Below are positions 20,835 through 30,262 of a stretch of DNA of 64,000 bases, in pieces. Each line of letters starts with the position of its first letter. The stretch's first letter is position 1. The notes under the pieces are model-generated. The model saw only the letters and a program-made list of their open reading frames with translations. It was not told the DNA's origin and ran no database searches. A program made the translations under genes and the position numbers. Source of the DNA: an uncultured Nitrososphaerota archaeon (GTDB taxonomy: Archaea > Thermoproteota > Nitrososphaeria > Nitrososphaerales > Nitrosopumilaceae); NCBI GenBank assembly GCA_963701075.1, contig OY969559.1, forward strand, positions 640,001 through 704,000. Reading direction: 5' to 3'.

Positions 20835-22093
20835 TTATATAGTGATTATTTCTCCTGCGTCAGGTGCATGGGCATCAAAGCCAAATTTTTGATGTATTTC
20901 TTCAGCAAATTTTGTACATGATTCGTTATCACCATGAATGGTGAGAACCTTTGGATTTCCTTTGATTTTTTTTATAAAGTCAAAAAGAGCTGTTCTGTCA
21001 GCGTGACCAGAAAATTCAAACTGTCTTACCTCTGACTCTGCCTTGAAATCCTTACCTCTAATGTTCACACGACCTGTTTCCAAAAGTTTTCTTCCAGGAG
21101 TTCTTTCTCCCTGGTAAGAGACTAATGCTATACCGTTTTTCTTGTCAAGAGCTGAGATTTTGTAAATAAAACACGGCAGAACCTCCAACTAACATGCCAG
21201 CAGGAGAGATTATTACTGCTGGTTCATCTAACATACTTTTTCTTTCCCTTTCTCCTCTTACCCAAACTGCATGATTCACAGAATCAGCAAAAACCTTTGC
21301 ATCGCGTAGATACTCTGGATATCTTAACATTATTTCATTTACCTTTACAGCCATGCCATCCATGATTACTTTATGTTTGAATTTAGCATTTTTTAATACC
21401 ACTGCTATTTCTTGTGATCTTTCAACAGAAAAGGCAGGTACAAAGAGTATCCCCTTTCTATCCAAAACTTCATACGCAAATTCAATGAATTTTTCTTCTG
21501 CTTCAAGACGTGGCATCTGATCTGTCTGTGAGTAAGTGCTTTCAGTGATTAACAAATCAATCTCCCCTAGATCAAGATCTGCCTCCCTTAACATACGCGA
21601 CCCTTTGGGGTTGATGTCTCCTGTATAGAATAATCTCTTGTTCTGCGACTCTACAAGAACAGAAGCTCCGCCTAGCACGTGACCAGATTCTAATCAGCTC
21701 AAAGGAGGCATTTCCACGAGTCACCTTTTCTCTATATCCAATTTCCTTTGAATGCATCATCATTTTGGACACATCAGACAGGTCAAAAGGAAGCTTACTT
21801 TTTTCAAGTCTTACCATGTCCTCTATCAACAATCTTGAAAGGTCAAAAGTTGGGGGTGTTGCATAGACATCCGTGCTACCCTGCACAAAAAGTGAAGGCA
21901 TGTTGCCTGAGTGATCCAGGTGGGCATGGGTTATGATGGCAGCGTTAATTTCATGTGGGCTTATTTGCAGAGGGTAAGACGATTCCTTTCCTAACTCTAC
22001 CCCGTAATCTAACAAGAAACTTACTCCATCACAATTAACTTGAAAGGCGGATCTGCCTACTTCTTTTGCTGCACCTAGGACTTTAACCTGCAA
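20835..22093 (-). CDS. Beta-CASP metallo-beta-lactamase ribonuclease (aCPSF-like); split by two apparent frameshifts (about 21695 and 21154)
   Basis: GAAKEVGRS, THAHLDHSG, (S)GHVLG, YTGD, ESTY and FSGHAD lie across three consecutive ORFs; both breaks are at AGCT. Confidence 0.88.
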
Positions 22094-22212
22094 GAATTGA
22101 AAATCTTTTCAGAGTACCTTTAAACGTTTAGCGTTTGGAAAAACCAAACGTCGTTATATTGCTTGTATAATTTACAAAAGACTTAATTATATGAATCCAA
22201 ATTGATCTGAAT

Positions 22213-22434
22213 ATGGGTAGAACCTTTGAACAATGGTGGAGTACCATCCCAAAAGATCTTCGAGACAAAGTTCGAAGAGGCGATGAGGGTAACAAACCAT
22301 TATTAAACCAGATAAATTGGATTTGGGTTCATAACATGATGAATCAAAAAGGCGATCTAAATCCTACATCTGCAGAATTGCTCGACTGGGTAACATCAGG
22401 CCAGATTGAGGCAATGCGCCAAATAAAGAAGTAA
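22213..22434 (+). CDS. Small Trp-rich hypothetical protein
   Basis: 73-aa ORF with an AT-rich TATA-like element upstream and a T-rich tract downstream. Confidence 0.75.
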   Translation: MGRTFEQWWSTIPKDLRDKVRRGDEGNKPLLNQINWIWVHNMMNQKGDLNPTSAELLDWVTSGQIEAMRQIKK

Positions 22435-22447
22435 AAATTTCAATTAT

Positions 22448-22472
22448 ACTTTCTTTTTGTTTTTATTTATTC
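22448..22472 (+). terminator. Putative oligo-T archaeal terminator
   Basis: CTTTCTTTTTGTTTTTATTTATT shortly after the stop at 22434. Confidence 0.4.
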
Positions 22473-22554
22473 TGCAATCGTGAAATGATTCTATAACTCC
22501 GTTATGAATTTTGCAGATAGTTTAAATAGCAAACGATAGATGATCAAAATCAGA

Positions 22555-22857
22555 ATGCCAATAGCAATCATTCCAGACATCGATGAACAGAGATGTATAG
22601 GCTGTGCGCTTTGCGTAGAGATCTGTACTTCTCTCGGCCCGGACGTTCTTCGTGTAAAGCCTGTTGAAGGCTGGAAGAGAGGTAAAGCATTTGTGTTCTA
22701 TCCAGAGAGATGTATCTCAGACGGTGCATGCATAGGTGTATGCCCAACAAAAGCAATCTTCTGGATGAGACCAATGACTTACACACCTGGTCAACCAGTC
22801 CCTCTCCACAAGAATGGTATCTTCGTAAAAGGCTGGGCAGAAGACGCTGCACTATAA
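22555..22857 (+). CDS. 2x[4Fe-4S] ferredoxin (one Cys replaced by Asp in the second motif)
   Basis: CIGCALCVEIC and CISDGACIGVCP; TTTAAATA box at 22521-22528. Confidence 0.9.
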   Translation: MPIAIIPDIDEQRCIGCALCVEICTSLGPDVLRVKPVEGWKRGKAFVFYPERCISDGACIGVCPTKAIFWMRPMTYTPGQPVPLHKNGIFVKGWAEDAAL

Positions 22858-22881
22858 ACGAAACCGTTCTTCCATTTTTTC

Positions 22882-24396
22882 TTATTTTTTAAAATTGAAA
22901 AATCTGATCTTCTTTTTTGTTAGTTTTGCATGATACTTTAGAAAGTCATCATTTGCAGCGTAGATTGTTTTGAATTTGTTTTGTTTAAGAAATATGTTCC
23001 AAGTCTTAGCAAATTCAGAAAACTCATCTTTGCTGTCTTGAGAATCAGACATTACATAATGTGCCGCAGGATAAACGTCTGAAAGTTCTAGAGGTATTAT
23101 TCCTAGATATGGGTTGTACTGACAGAACTGAGTGTGTTCTGCAATACTTGCAAATCTCTTTTTTAATTTGTTATATTCTCTTGATAGGTAAAATGGCCTC
23201 ATGGTACCATCTGGAATAATTACAAGATTTTTCTTACTAGTCTTAAATTTCCTCACCATGCTATGAAATCTAGATACCTCTGGTCTAAACTGGTCCTCCC
23301 TTGAAAACAAGAATATCGCATTTTCTTTGAATCTGGGTGTGCTTCCGATGAGAAACGGGGTGTTTGAAGTGAGGACTGATATGATTTCAAAGAGTTTTGG
23401 ATGTGCACGTGCTTTCTTTAGTACGTATTCCCATAATCGCCCTTCATGGATGCATTCCTTAACCCTGTCAACCTCGGCCTTTATGGAATAAAGATTGTGT
23501 AAAGCAACACTGTTTATTTTTTCGTCTCTAGGAAGTAACTGGAGCTCCTTTGGTTTGTATTTACCACATATTTCACAAGTACAAGAAAAATACGATATCT
23601 CGTTAAGATGAGCAGTACCATCTTCCATGATATATCTATCATGTTTTGCATAGAGCATGTAGGAGGCAGAATCAAAGGTATCACAGCCAAGAGCCACGGC
23701 TAGCGGGATTGTAAGGGGGTGACCTGCGCCAAAGAGATGAAGCGGAATGGAATCAGGTATCTCTTTTTTTGCAGTAATTATCATTCTTGCCAAAAGTTTG
23801 TATTCGTATGATTCCATGAATTCGACTGGACTTCCTAGTGCCAGCATTTGAAAACCATATTTTACCAAAGCCCTAGTTGATTCTTTAACTAGATCCGAAT
23901 ACTCGCTTCCTTGTATTGGTCCTATCCATATCTGTCCATTGTCATCTCTTGTCTCAAGAGTCTCTTTTGATACCTTTAGTGTGTGATTGACATATTCTCT
24001 TGCTTTCTTCTTTGATAAACCAAAACCTGTTGGTTTGTCTAGTGGAATGGCAAAATCTGTTGCAATTCCTTTTTCAAATGAAGCCATAATTTTGTAATTT
24101 GTATCTATGTCGCCATATTCTAGAACTTGGTATCCTCCTGAATCTGTCATCACTGCACCATCATAGTCAATTATTTTGTGGATTCCTTTTCTTATGGCAT
24201 CATCACCATGTTGTTTTAGTGTGATAAACGCATTTGTTATAACAAGATCAAAACCCATCTCTCGTATTTTTTTTGTAGGTATTGATTGTCGTACTGGGTG
24301 AATTACTGGCACGTATGCTGGAGTCTCAATCTTGCCGTGATTAGTGTGCAGTATTCCTATTCTTCCTGCTAGATCAGATTTTTTTATCTCAAACAT
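22882..24396 (-). CDS. tgtA: Archaeosine tRNA-guanine(15) transglycosylase
   Basis: IETPAYVPV, MTDSGGYQ, PIQG, HLFGAGHP, DTFDSASY and Zn site CTCEIC...HN. Confidence 0.93.
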   Translation of the reverse strand: MFEIKKSDLAGRIGILHTNHGKIETPAYVPVIHPVRQSIPTKKIREMGFDLVITNAFITLKQHGDDAIRKGIHKIIDYDGAVMTDSGGYQVLEYGDIDTNYKIMASFEKGIATDFAIPLDKPTGFGLSKKKAREYVNHTLKVSKETLETRDDNGQIWIGPIQGSEYSDLVKESTRALVKYGFQMLALGSPVEFMESYEYKLLARMIITAKKEIPDSIPLHLFGAGHPLTIPLAVALGCDTFDSASYMLYAKHDRYIMEDGTAHLNEISYFSCTCEICGKYKPKELQLLPRDEKINSVALHNLYSIKAEVDRVKECIHEGRLWEYVLKKARAHPKLFEIISVLTSNTPFLIGSTPRFKENAIFLFSREDQFRPEVSRFHSMVRKFKTSKKNLVIIPDGTMRPFYLSREYNKLKKRFASIAEHTQFCQYNPYLGIIPLELSDVYPAAHYVMSDSQDSKDEFSEFAKTWNIFLKQNKFKTIYAANDDFLKYHAKLTKKKIRFFNFKK

Positions 24397-24430
24397 TTCA
24401 TATCTTAATTTAACACAACGTAATTTGAAT

Positions 24431-24985
24431 CTAGTACGGAAAAAATCTCTTCAGGTCTCTCTTTTCTGAAACCATTTTTAACCAATCAACACTGTCTTCC
24501 TTTGCTTTGCCTTTTACAAAAAGAGATTCAATTTTCTTTACTGTGCTGGATACCGATTTGTTAGTAGTATCAAATTGGAAAGTTTTCTTGCGTCCTACAT
24601 TTTTTATTGTGTCATAGTATGTAATTCCTATTATCTCACTACCCAAATTTTCAAGCATTTTTTTCTTGTCATAACCTCTTTTCTTGTAAACTCCCTCCAA
24701 GTTGTATGGATTACGCCTTAATACGACCGCAATCTCTATCTTATTTTTTGAAACAATGTAGGGAGCTAAATGCCCAACAAGCAATGCATTCTTTGGTATT
24801 TTCTTGTCTAAAACCTTCTTTAGTTTTCGAACATCTACATCTAATACATGGCCATTATTTTCAGCCATGCCTTCATTTACTGCCATTTTATTTACATCAA
24901 TTAGTTCCAACTCTAGCTTTCTTGCAAGTATTCTTGCCACCGTGTGTTTTCCTGTTCCAGGATTTCCTGTTATTATTTTCAACAA
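24431..24985 (-). CDS. Adenylate kinase AK6/Fap7-like P-loop protein
   Basis: ITGNPGTGK, GHL, RGYDKKKMLENLGSE and FDTT; Walker motifs are atypical. Confidence 0.78.
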   Translation of the reverse strand: MLKIITGNPGTGKHTVARILARKLELELIDVNKMAVNEGMAENNGHVLDVDVRKLKKVLDKKIPKNALLVGHLAPYIVSKNKIEIAVVLRRNPYNLEGVYKKRGYDKKKMLENLGSEIIGITYYDTIKNVGRKKTFQFDTTNKSVSSTVKKIESLFVKGKAKEDSVDWLKMVSEKRDLKRFFPY

Positions 24986-25055
24986 ACATGTTGAAGGATG
25001 AATTCAATTAAACACTTCTGCAATACTAATAAGAGTAGACCTTGAACTGATTTTC

Positions 25056-26246
25056 ATGCAGATCGGGTTATTGGGAAAAACTAATGTCGGAAAATCAACA
25101 TTCTTCTCAGCTGCAACTCAAACCACCGCACAGATTGGAAATTACCCCTTTACTACAATTGAGCCTAATGTCGGTATTGCTTATGTTAAAACTGAATGTG
25201 CGTGCAAACATTTTGGGATAAATCATGTTCATCAATTATGTGTAAAAGGAACTAGATTTATCCCTGTGAAACTAATCGATGTGGCAGGTCTTGTTCCTGG
25301 CGCTCATGAGGGAAAAGGGCTAGGAAATAAATTTCTAGATGATGCAAGACAGGCAGAAGTACTGATCCATGTAGTAGATGCATCAGGGTCAACAGACATT
25401 CAAGGCCAACCTGTTCCATCTGGAACTCATGATCCACTCGAAGATGTGCAGTTTGTAGAAGAAGAATTTGATCAATGGATGAAGCAAATACTTCAGAGGG
25501 AATGGCACAAGTTGACACGAGAGCTAGAAAGCAAGAGTGGAAAAGTCATTCATGCTATTACTCAAAGATTCAGCGGCCTTGGAATTGTAGAGTATGATGT
25601 GGAAGTTGTCTTACATCATTTGAATTTACAAATAAAAAAGCCGCTAGATTGGGATGAAAATGATATTCTTTCATTTGTAAAGGAATTGAGGAAGAGGACC
25701 AAACCGATTATAATCGCTGCCAACAAATCTGATCTCTGCCATGATCTTGGCATATTGGATGAATTAAAAAAAATACATAATACAATAGCGTGTAGTGCAG
25801 AGACTGAACTATTGTTAAGAAAAGCTGCAAAAGGTGGTCTTGTGGATTATCTTCCAGGAGAAAAAGACTTTAAAATAAAAGGAACGAATCTAAGCCCACA
25901 ACAACAAAAAGCATTAGACTTGGCTCAAAAGGTGTTGTCTAAGATTGGAGGTACTGGCATTCAACAAATACTGGATTCTGCTTGTTTTGATCTTTTAAAA
26001 TTGATTACAGTCTTTCCAGTAGAAGATGAATCAAAACTGTCAAACAAGAATGGGGAGATCTTACCAGATGCACGATTACTTCCGGCAGGATCCACTGCAA
26101 GAGATCTTGCTAGGATTGTTCATGAAGATCTGGCAAAAGGATTCCTTTATGCAGTAGACGCCAAGACAAAACAACGAGTAGGCGCAGAGCATCAATTAAA
26201 AAATGGAGACGTGTTGAAAATAATGTCAACTCTAAGTCGAGGATAA
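25056..26246 (+). CDS. ychF: YchF/Obg-family translation-associated NTPase with TGS domain
   Basis: GKTNVGKST, YPFTTIEPN, DVAGLVPGA..GLGNKFL and ANKSD. Confidence 0.9.
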   Translation: MQIGLLGKTNVGKSTFFSAATQTTAQIGNYPFTTIEPNVGIAYVKTECACKHFGINHVHQLCVKGTRFIPVKLIDVAGLVPGAHEGKGLGNKFLDDARQAEVLIHVVDASGSTDIQGQPVPSGTHDPLEDVQFVEEEFDQWMKQILQREWHKLTRELESKSGKVIHAITQRFSGLGIVEYDVEVVLHHLNLQIKKPLDWDENDILSFVKELRKRTKPIIIAANKSDLCHDLGILDELKKIHNTIACSAETELLLRKAAKGGLVDYLPGEKDFKIKGTNLSPQQQKALDLAQKVLSKIGGTGIQQILDSACFDLLKLITVFPVEDESKLSNKNGEILPDARLLPAGSTARDLARIVHEDLAKGFLYAVDAKTKQRVGAEHQLKNGDVLKIMSTLSRG

Positions 26247-26247
26247 T

Positions 26248-27231
26248 ATGCTCTGTCTGGGAATCGAAAGTACCGCTCACACCTTTTCGTGTGCCATTAT
26301 TGAGAAAAGAAGCAAAAATGGAAGGATTCTATCAGATGTCAGAAAAATATACAGACCGCCTGAAGGTGAAGGAATACACCCACGAGAAGCATCTCGTCAT
26401 CATGCTGAAAACTCTCCTCAGGTACTCTCAGAATGTCTGGAAAAAGCTGGTGTAAAAATAACTGAACTTGATCTAGTCTCATATGCTGCAGGTCCAGGTC
26501 TTGGTCCCTGTCTTAGAATTGGTGCCGTCGTAGCAAGATCTCTTTCTTCATACTATGATATACCGGTATATCCTGTAAATCACGCACTTGGCCATATTGA
26601 ATTAGGCAAGATGCTTACTGGTGCAAAAGATCCTCTGGTTTTACTTGTATCAGGGGGTCATACTATGATTCTTGCATTTCTAGGTAAGAAATGGCGGGTA
26701 TTTGGTGAAACGCTAGACATAACGTTGGGGCAATTGTTAGATCAAATTGGAAGACATGCTGGATTTGCATCACCTTGCGGTACAAAAATCGAGGAACTTG
26801 CATCCAAGTCGTCTAATTACGAACCTCTGCCATATGTAGTCAAAGGAAACGACGTATCTTTTTCAGGTCTTCTTTCTGCCACAAAAAGAATAATTCCAAA
26901 AGGGCTCGAGACTGCATGTTTTTCATTGCAAGAAACAGCATTTTCAATGATAGGAGAGGCTGTAGAGAGAGCTTTATCATTTACAGGAAAGAAAGAATTT
27001 CTAGTAGTGGGCGGCGTAGCAGCCAACAAAAGGTTATCAGAAATTCTTCAAAGCATATGTAAGAGACATGATTGTAAATTCTTTGTATCTCCAAAAGAAT
27101 ATTCTGGAGACTGCGGCTCTCAGATCTCTTGGGTCGGATTATTAGAATCATCAAAAAAGGCTGGTGCAAAGTTAGAAAATACATTTGTAAGACAATCGTG
27201 GAGATTAGATACTGTAGAGATACTTTATTGA
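26248..27231 (+). CDS. kae1: KEOPS complex tRNA t6A threonylcarbamoyltransferase Kae1
   Basis: LGIESTAHT, GPGLGPCL, VNHALGHIE, LLVSGGHT and GGVAAN. Confidence 0.95.
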   Translation: MLCLGIESTAHTFSCAIIEKRSKNGRILSDVRKIYRPPEGEGIHPREASRHHAENSPQVLSECLEKAGVKITELDLVSYAAGPGLGPCLRIGAVVARSLSSYYDIPVYPVNHALGHIELGKMLTGAKDPLVLLVSGGHTMILAFLGKKWRVFGETLDITLGQLLDQIGRHAGFASPCGTKIEELASKSSNYEPLPYVVKGNDVSFSGLLSATKRIIPKGLETACFSLQETAFSMIGEAVERALSFTGKKEFLVVGGVAANKRLSEILQSICKRHDCKFFVSPKEYSGDCGSQISWVGLLESSKKAGAKLENTFVRQSWRLDTVEILY

Positions 27232-27551
27232 TCTTTGTAATTAGAAATAGCCTCTTGCATTGTCTTTTCCCATTTTCCATTGTTGAAGACACCAAATTTG
27301 TACGTTTTCTCCCCTTCATTAGTTTTGATTTTAATTCGAAGTTTTTTGATAAGTCTTCCTTCTTTTGCCACTTCAACTATGTCGTTGAGTCTAGCTTCTA
27401 TCACGGTCTCACCAAACTTTTTAGAAAAATCCATAATTCGACCTTCTGTTTTGTCAAAAGCTATTCTCATGTTAGTAAGAGTAAGAATGCCTATGCCTAC
27501 TGTATCCTCTGAACAGTCTTCTTGCATGATTTTTTTTTCGTTTGGTTCCAT
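27225..27551 (-). CDS. Hypothetical protein (PH-domain-like pattern)
   Basis: GILTLTNMRIAF followed by beta strands and a C-terminal helix containing Trp. Confidence 0.6.
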   Translation of the reverse strand: MEPNEKKIMQEDCSEDTVGIGILTLTNMRIAFDKTEGRIMDFSKKFGETVIEARLNDIVEVAKEGRLIKKLRIKIKTNEGEKTYKFGVFNNGKWEKTMQEAISNYKDQ

Positions 27552-27718
27552 GAAATCTTTTTTTTATTGTATGTTATAACTGTATATAACATAGTCATTA
27601 ATTCAGAGTCATTGATTTCAAGTTTGTATTTATTACCAGTGTTGTTGTATGAGTAAAATATTGGTAATGTAAGTAACTCTTCTAACATAATTGTAACTTA
27701 AATTATGTGATATAACAC

Positions 27719-28348
27719 TTGGTAATATTGAGATTAATGAAAAAGGGCGCAGAGGCTGATATTTACATAACAACATGGAATGGCAGAAAATCCATTCTCA
27801 AAATTAGAAAAAGAAAAGAATATCGAAATGAAATTCTTGATAATAGAATTCGTACACTGAGAACTATTAGGGAAGCAAAGATGATTTCAGAAGTAAAATC
27901 ATTCGGAGTCACTACCCCGCTTGTCTATTTTGTGGATCAAAATAAATTCGAAATATACTTGCAGTTTGTACTAGGAAAATTAGTGAGAGATTTGCCAAAT
28001 AAAATTATGATAAAAACATGTGAAAAAATTGGAAAAATAATAGGAATTTTGCACAAGAATGGTATAATGCATGGAGATGTTACCACATCGAATTTCATAC
28101 TAACATCTGACGAATTGGTAGTCTTAGATTTTGGGCTTGCCCAGAGAACTGAAAAAATAGAGGATCACGCCATTGATCTTAGGTTGTTCAAAGAGGTACT
28201 AAACAGCGCACATGTTGCAATCGTAAATCCTGCATGGTCATCATTTTTGAGGGGATATGGCAAAATTGTAGGCAGTTCGAGGAAGGAAAAAGTCATCTCG
28301 CAGGTACTGAACATCGAGAAAAGGGGCAGGTATGCAAATGTCGTCTAG
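27719..28348 (+). CDS. bud32: KEOPS complex kinase/ATPase Bud32
   Basis: KKGAEA, RTIREA, HGDVTTSN, LDFGL and DHAIDL. Confidence 0.93.
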   Translation: MVILRLMKKGAEADIYITTWNGRKSILKIRKRKEYRNEILDNRIRTLRTIREAKMISEVKSFGVTTPLVYFVDQNKFEIYLQFVLGKLVRDLPNKIMIKTCEKIGKIIGILHKNGIMHGDVTTSNFILTSDELVVLDFGLAQRTEKIEDHAIDLRLFKEVLNSAHVAIVNPAWSSFLRGYGKIVGSSRKEKVISQVLNIEKRGRYANVV

Positions 28349-28901
28349 TATCTTTTTTGCCTCATCCAACGAAAACAAGTTTAAGGAAGCCCGTGCCATT
28401 TTGTCAGGATTTGGTATATCGCTAGAATTTTTCAAGTGTAACCTTCAGGAAATACAAACAAATAGTCTAGAAGAAGTGGCACAACACAAAGCTAGACAGG
28501 CATTTTCATTCTGCTCAAAACCAGTAATAATAGAAGATGATGGATTGTTTATTTCATCGCTGAAAGGCTTTCCTGGATTATATTCATCCTTCGCATTTGA
28601 TACTATTGGAAATGAGGGAATTCTAAGATTATTGTCAAAACAAAGAAGCGCGGCATTTAGATCTATTATCGCATACTGTGAAAAGGAAGAAGATGTTGTG
28701 TTATTTGGTGCCAACGTGCGTGGAAAAATATCTAAAAAAATACAAGGTAGCAAATGGGGGTTTGATCCAATATTTGTTCCAGAGGGACAAACTTTGACAT
28801 ATTCACAACTAAAGAATAAAAATATTATTTCGCATAGGTATTTGGCATTAAAAAAATTTGCTAATTGGTATCTACATAAGAAGAAATCCAGCGGTCAATA
28901 A
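28332..28901 (+). CDS. rdgB: Non-canonical purine NTP pyrophosphatase (ITPase, Ham1/RdgB)
   Basis: SSNENKFKE, IEDDGLFI..LKGFPG, GFDPIF and KNIISHR. Confidence 0.93.
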   Translation: MQMSSSIFFASSNENKFKEARAILSGFGISLEFFKCNLQEIQTNSLEEVAQHKARQAFSFCSKPVIIEDDGLFISSLKGFPGLYSSFAFDTIGNEGILRLLSKQRSAAFRSIIAYCEKEEDVVLFGANVRGKISKKIQGSKWGFDPIFVPEGQTLTYSQLKNKNIISHRYLALKKFANWYLHKKKSSGQ

Positions 28902-29889
28902 ACCGCTTCTGATTCTGTAGTACTACAATTCTTGAAATTTCGCTTTCATCCATCACTGAATACGTCTCACCTTGTCTTATCAACGCATTAGCAAAGTGTC
29001 TTACTTCCGACATGTCCAACATATCGGAACGTTCTAGTCTGTTGGTTGAACGACCTATGTGCATGTAAGACTTTATCTCTATAAAGTGGGCATTTCCATG
29101 ATTGAATATCTTGGAATACTCTGGAATTAATTGGTCACTATCATTGTAGCCTCTGATCAAAGTAACACGAAGTACAGTTCTGGTATCCATCCTTGAGAGT
29201 ATCTCAATGCTGTCATTCCATCTTTCCCAAGCATCTTTGTATTTTGGTCTATTGACAAGTTGGAAAACCTCTTCATTAGGAGCATTTGTAGATAGATACA
29301 ACTGGGTTGGCAACGCATCCTCATCTTGCAATCTTTCAAGCATTTCAGGTTCTTGTCCATTTGTAACCAAAAACACAGATTTTGTTGCAGGAATCTGTTT
29401 GAGATATTTTATCAATTCAGGCAGTTGAGGGTACATTGTAGGTTCCCCTGAAAGTGATATTGCATAATGACTTGGAAGGAGTGATTCGTCAATTTTTTTC
29501 TTATCGCTTAGAACATCACCATAATGTCCCATTATCAGCCTCTCTCGCTCTTCCATCAAGTTTGAAAGTATGGTCTCAGGTGGAGCAACTTTCTCAGGCT
29601 GCATTTTCATTGCACTATAAAATTCCATTGGGCGCCAACAATATACACACCTATTCTCACAAAACATTCCGGCAGGTGAGAATTCCATACACCTGTGGGT
29701 TGAGATACCATAAAACTTGTGTTTGTAACAATCGCCTTCATTTCTAAACGACTTTTTTGTCCAATGGCACAGCTCTACTGTGCTATGATCAGACACTCCA
29801 TATTTTGCCTTTTTGAGTTGATTTAAAATCATAGGCTTTATCTGGATGAATTCGTTGTTTACCTCCACGGTTTCGCCAGAGCAGCTCAT
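28861..29889 (-). CDS. taw1: 4-demethylwyosine synthase (radical SAM, TYW1/Taw1)
   Basis: CHWTK, CYKHKFYGISTHRC, CENRCVYCWRP and AISLSGEPT. Confidence 0.93.
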   Translation of the reverse strand: MSCSGETVEVNNEFIQIKPMILNQLKKAKYGVSDHSTVELCHWTKKSFRNEGDCYKHKFYGISTHRCMEFSPAGMFCENRCVYCWRPMEFYSAMKMQPEKVAPPETILSNLMEERERLIMGHYGDVLSDKKKIDESLLPSHYAISLSGEPTMYPQLPELIKYLKQIPATKSVFLVTNGQEPEMLERLQDEDALPTQLYLSTNAPNEEVFQLVNRPKYKDAWERWNDSIEILSRMDTRTVLRVTLIRGYNDSDQLIPEYSKIFNHGNAHFIEIKSYMHIGRSTNRLERSDMLDMSEVRHFANALIRQGETYSVMDESEISRIVVLQNQKRFIDRWISSYVDTN

Positions 29890-29919
29890 GTCAAATATCT
29901 TACTTGGTTTTAATTAAAT

Positions 29920-30054
29920 CTACGTAGAGTTCAGCATTGAAACACATGGTGCGTTTTCCATAGGAGCACAAAGTATCTGTCCCAAATAGAGCATGCTATA
30001 GAAGATCACCGCTGCGGTGATTCCCATTGCGACATACCACATTCTAAACTTCAT
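29920..30054 (-). CDS. 44-aa small membrane protein (not in the ORF track)
   Basis: Read manually as MKFRMWYVAMGITAAVIFYSMLYLGQILCAPMENAPCVSMLNST*; one TM helix and a Cys pair; co-oriented upstream of taw1. Confidence 0.5.
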   Translation of the reverse strand: MKFRMWYVAMGITAAVIFYSMLYLGQILCAPMENAPCVSMLNST

Positions 30055-30262
30055 ATTTGCGAATATTTTTTCTGTTAGTAATAAACTTACGGTTGATTGT
30101 CAGGCCAGATGAAGGCTAGGAGTTTTAAAAGGGTCAGTTGGAATCTCCAAGTTCTTTTTCAACTATGAAATGAATTGAAAATTTTAGCCATGTTTGGCAA
30201 TATTGGATGTAGGCATAAGAATCACAAAAACTATCTTATATGACATATTGGTAAACCGAATC

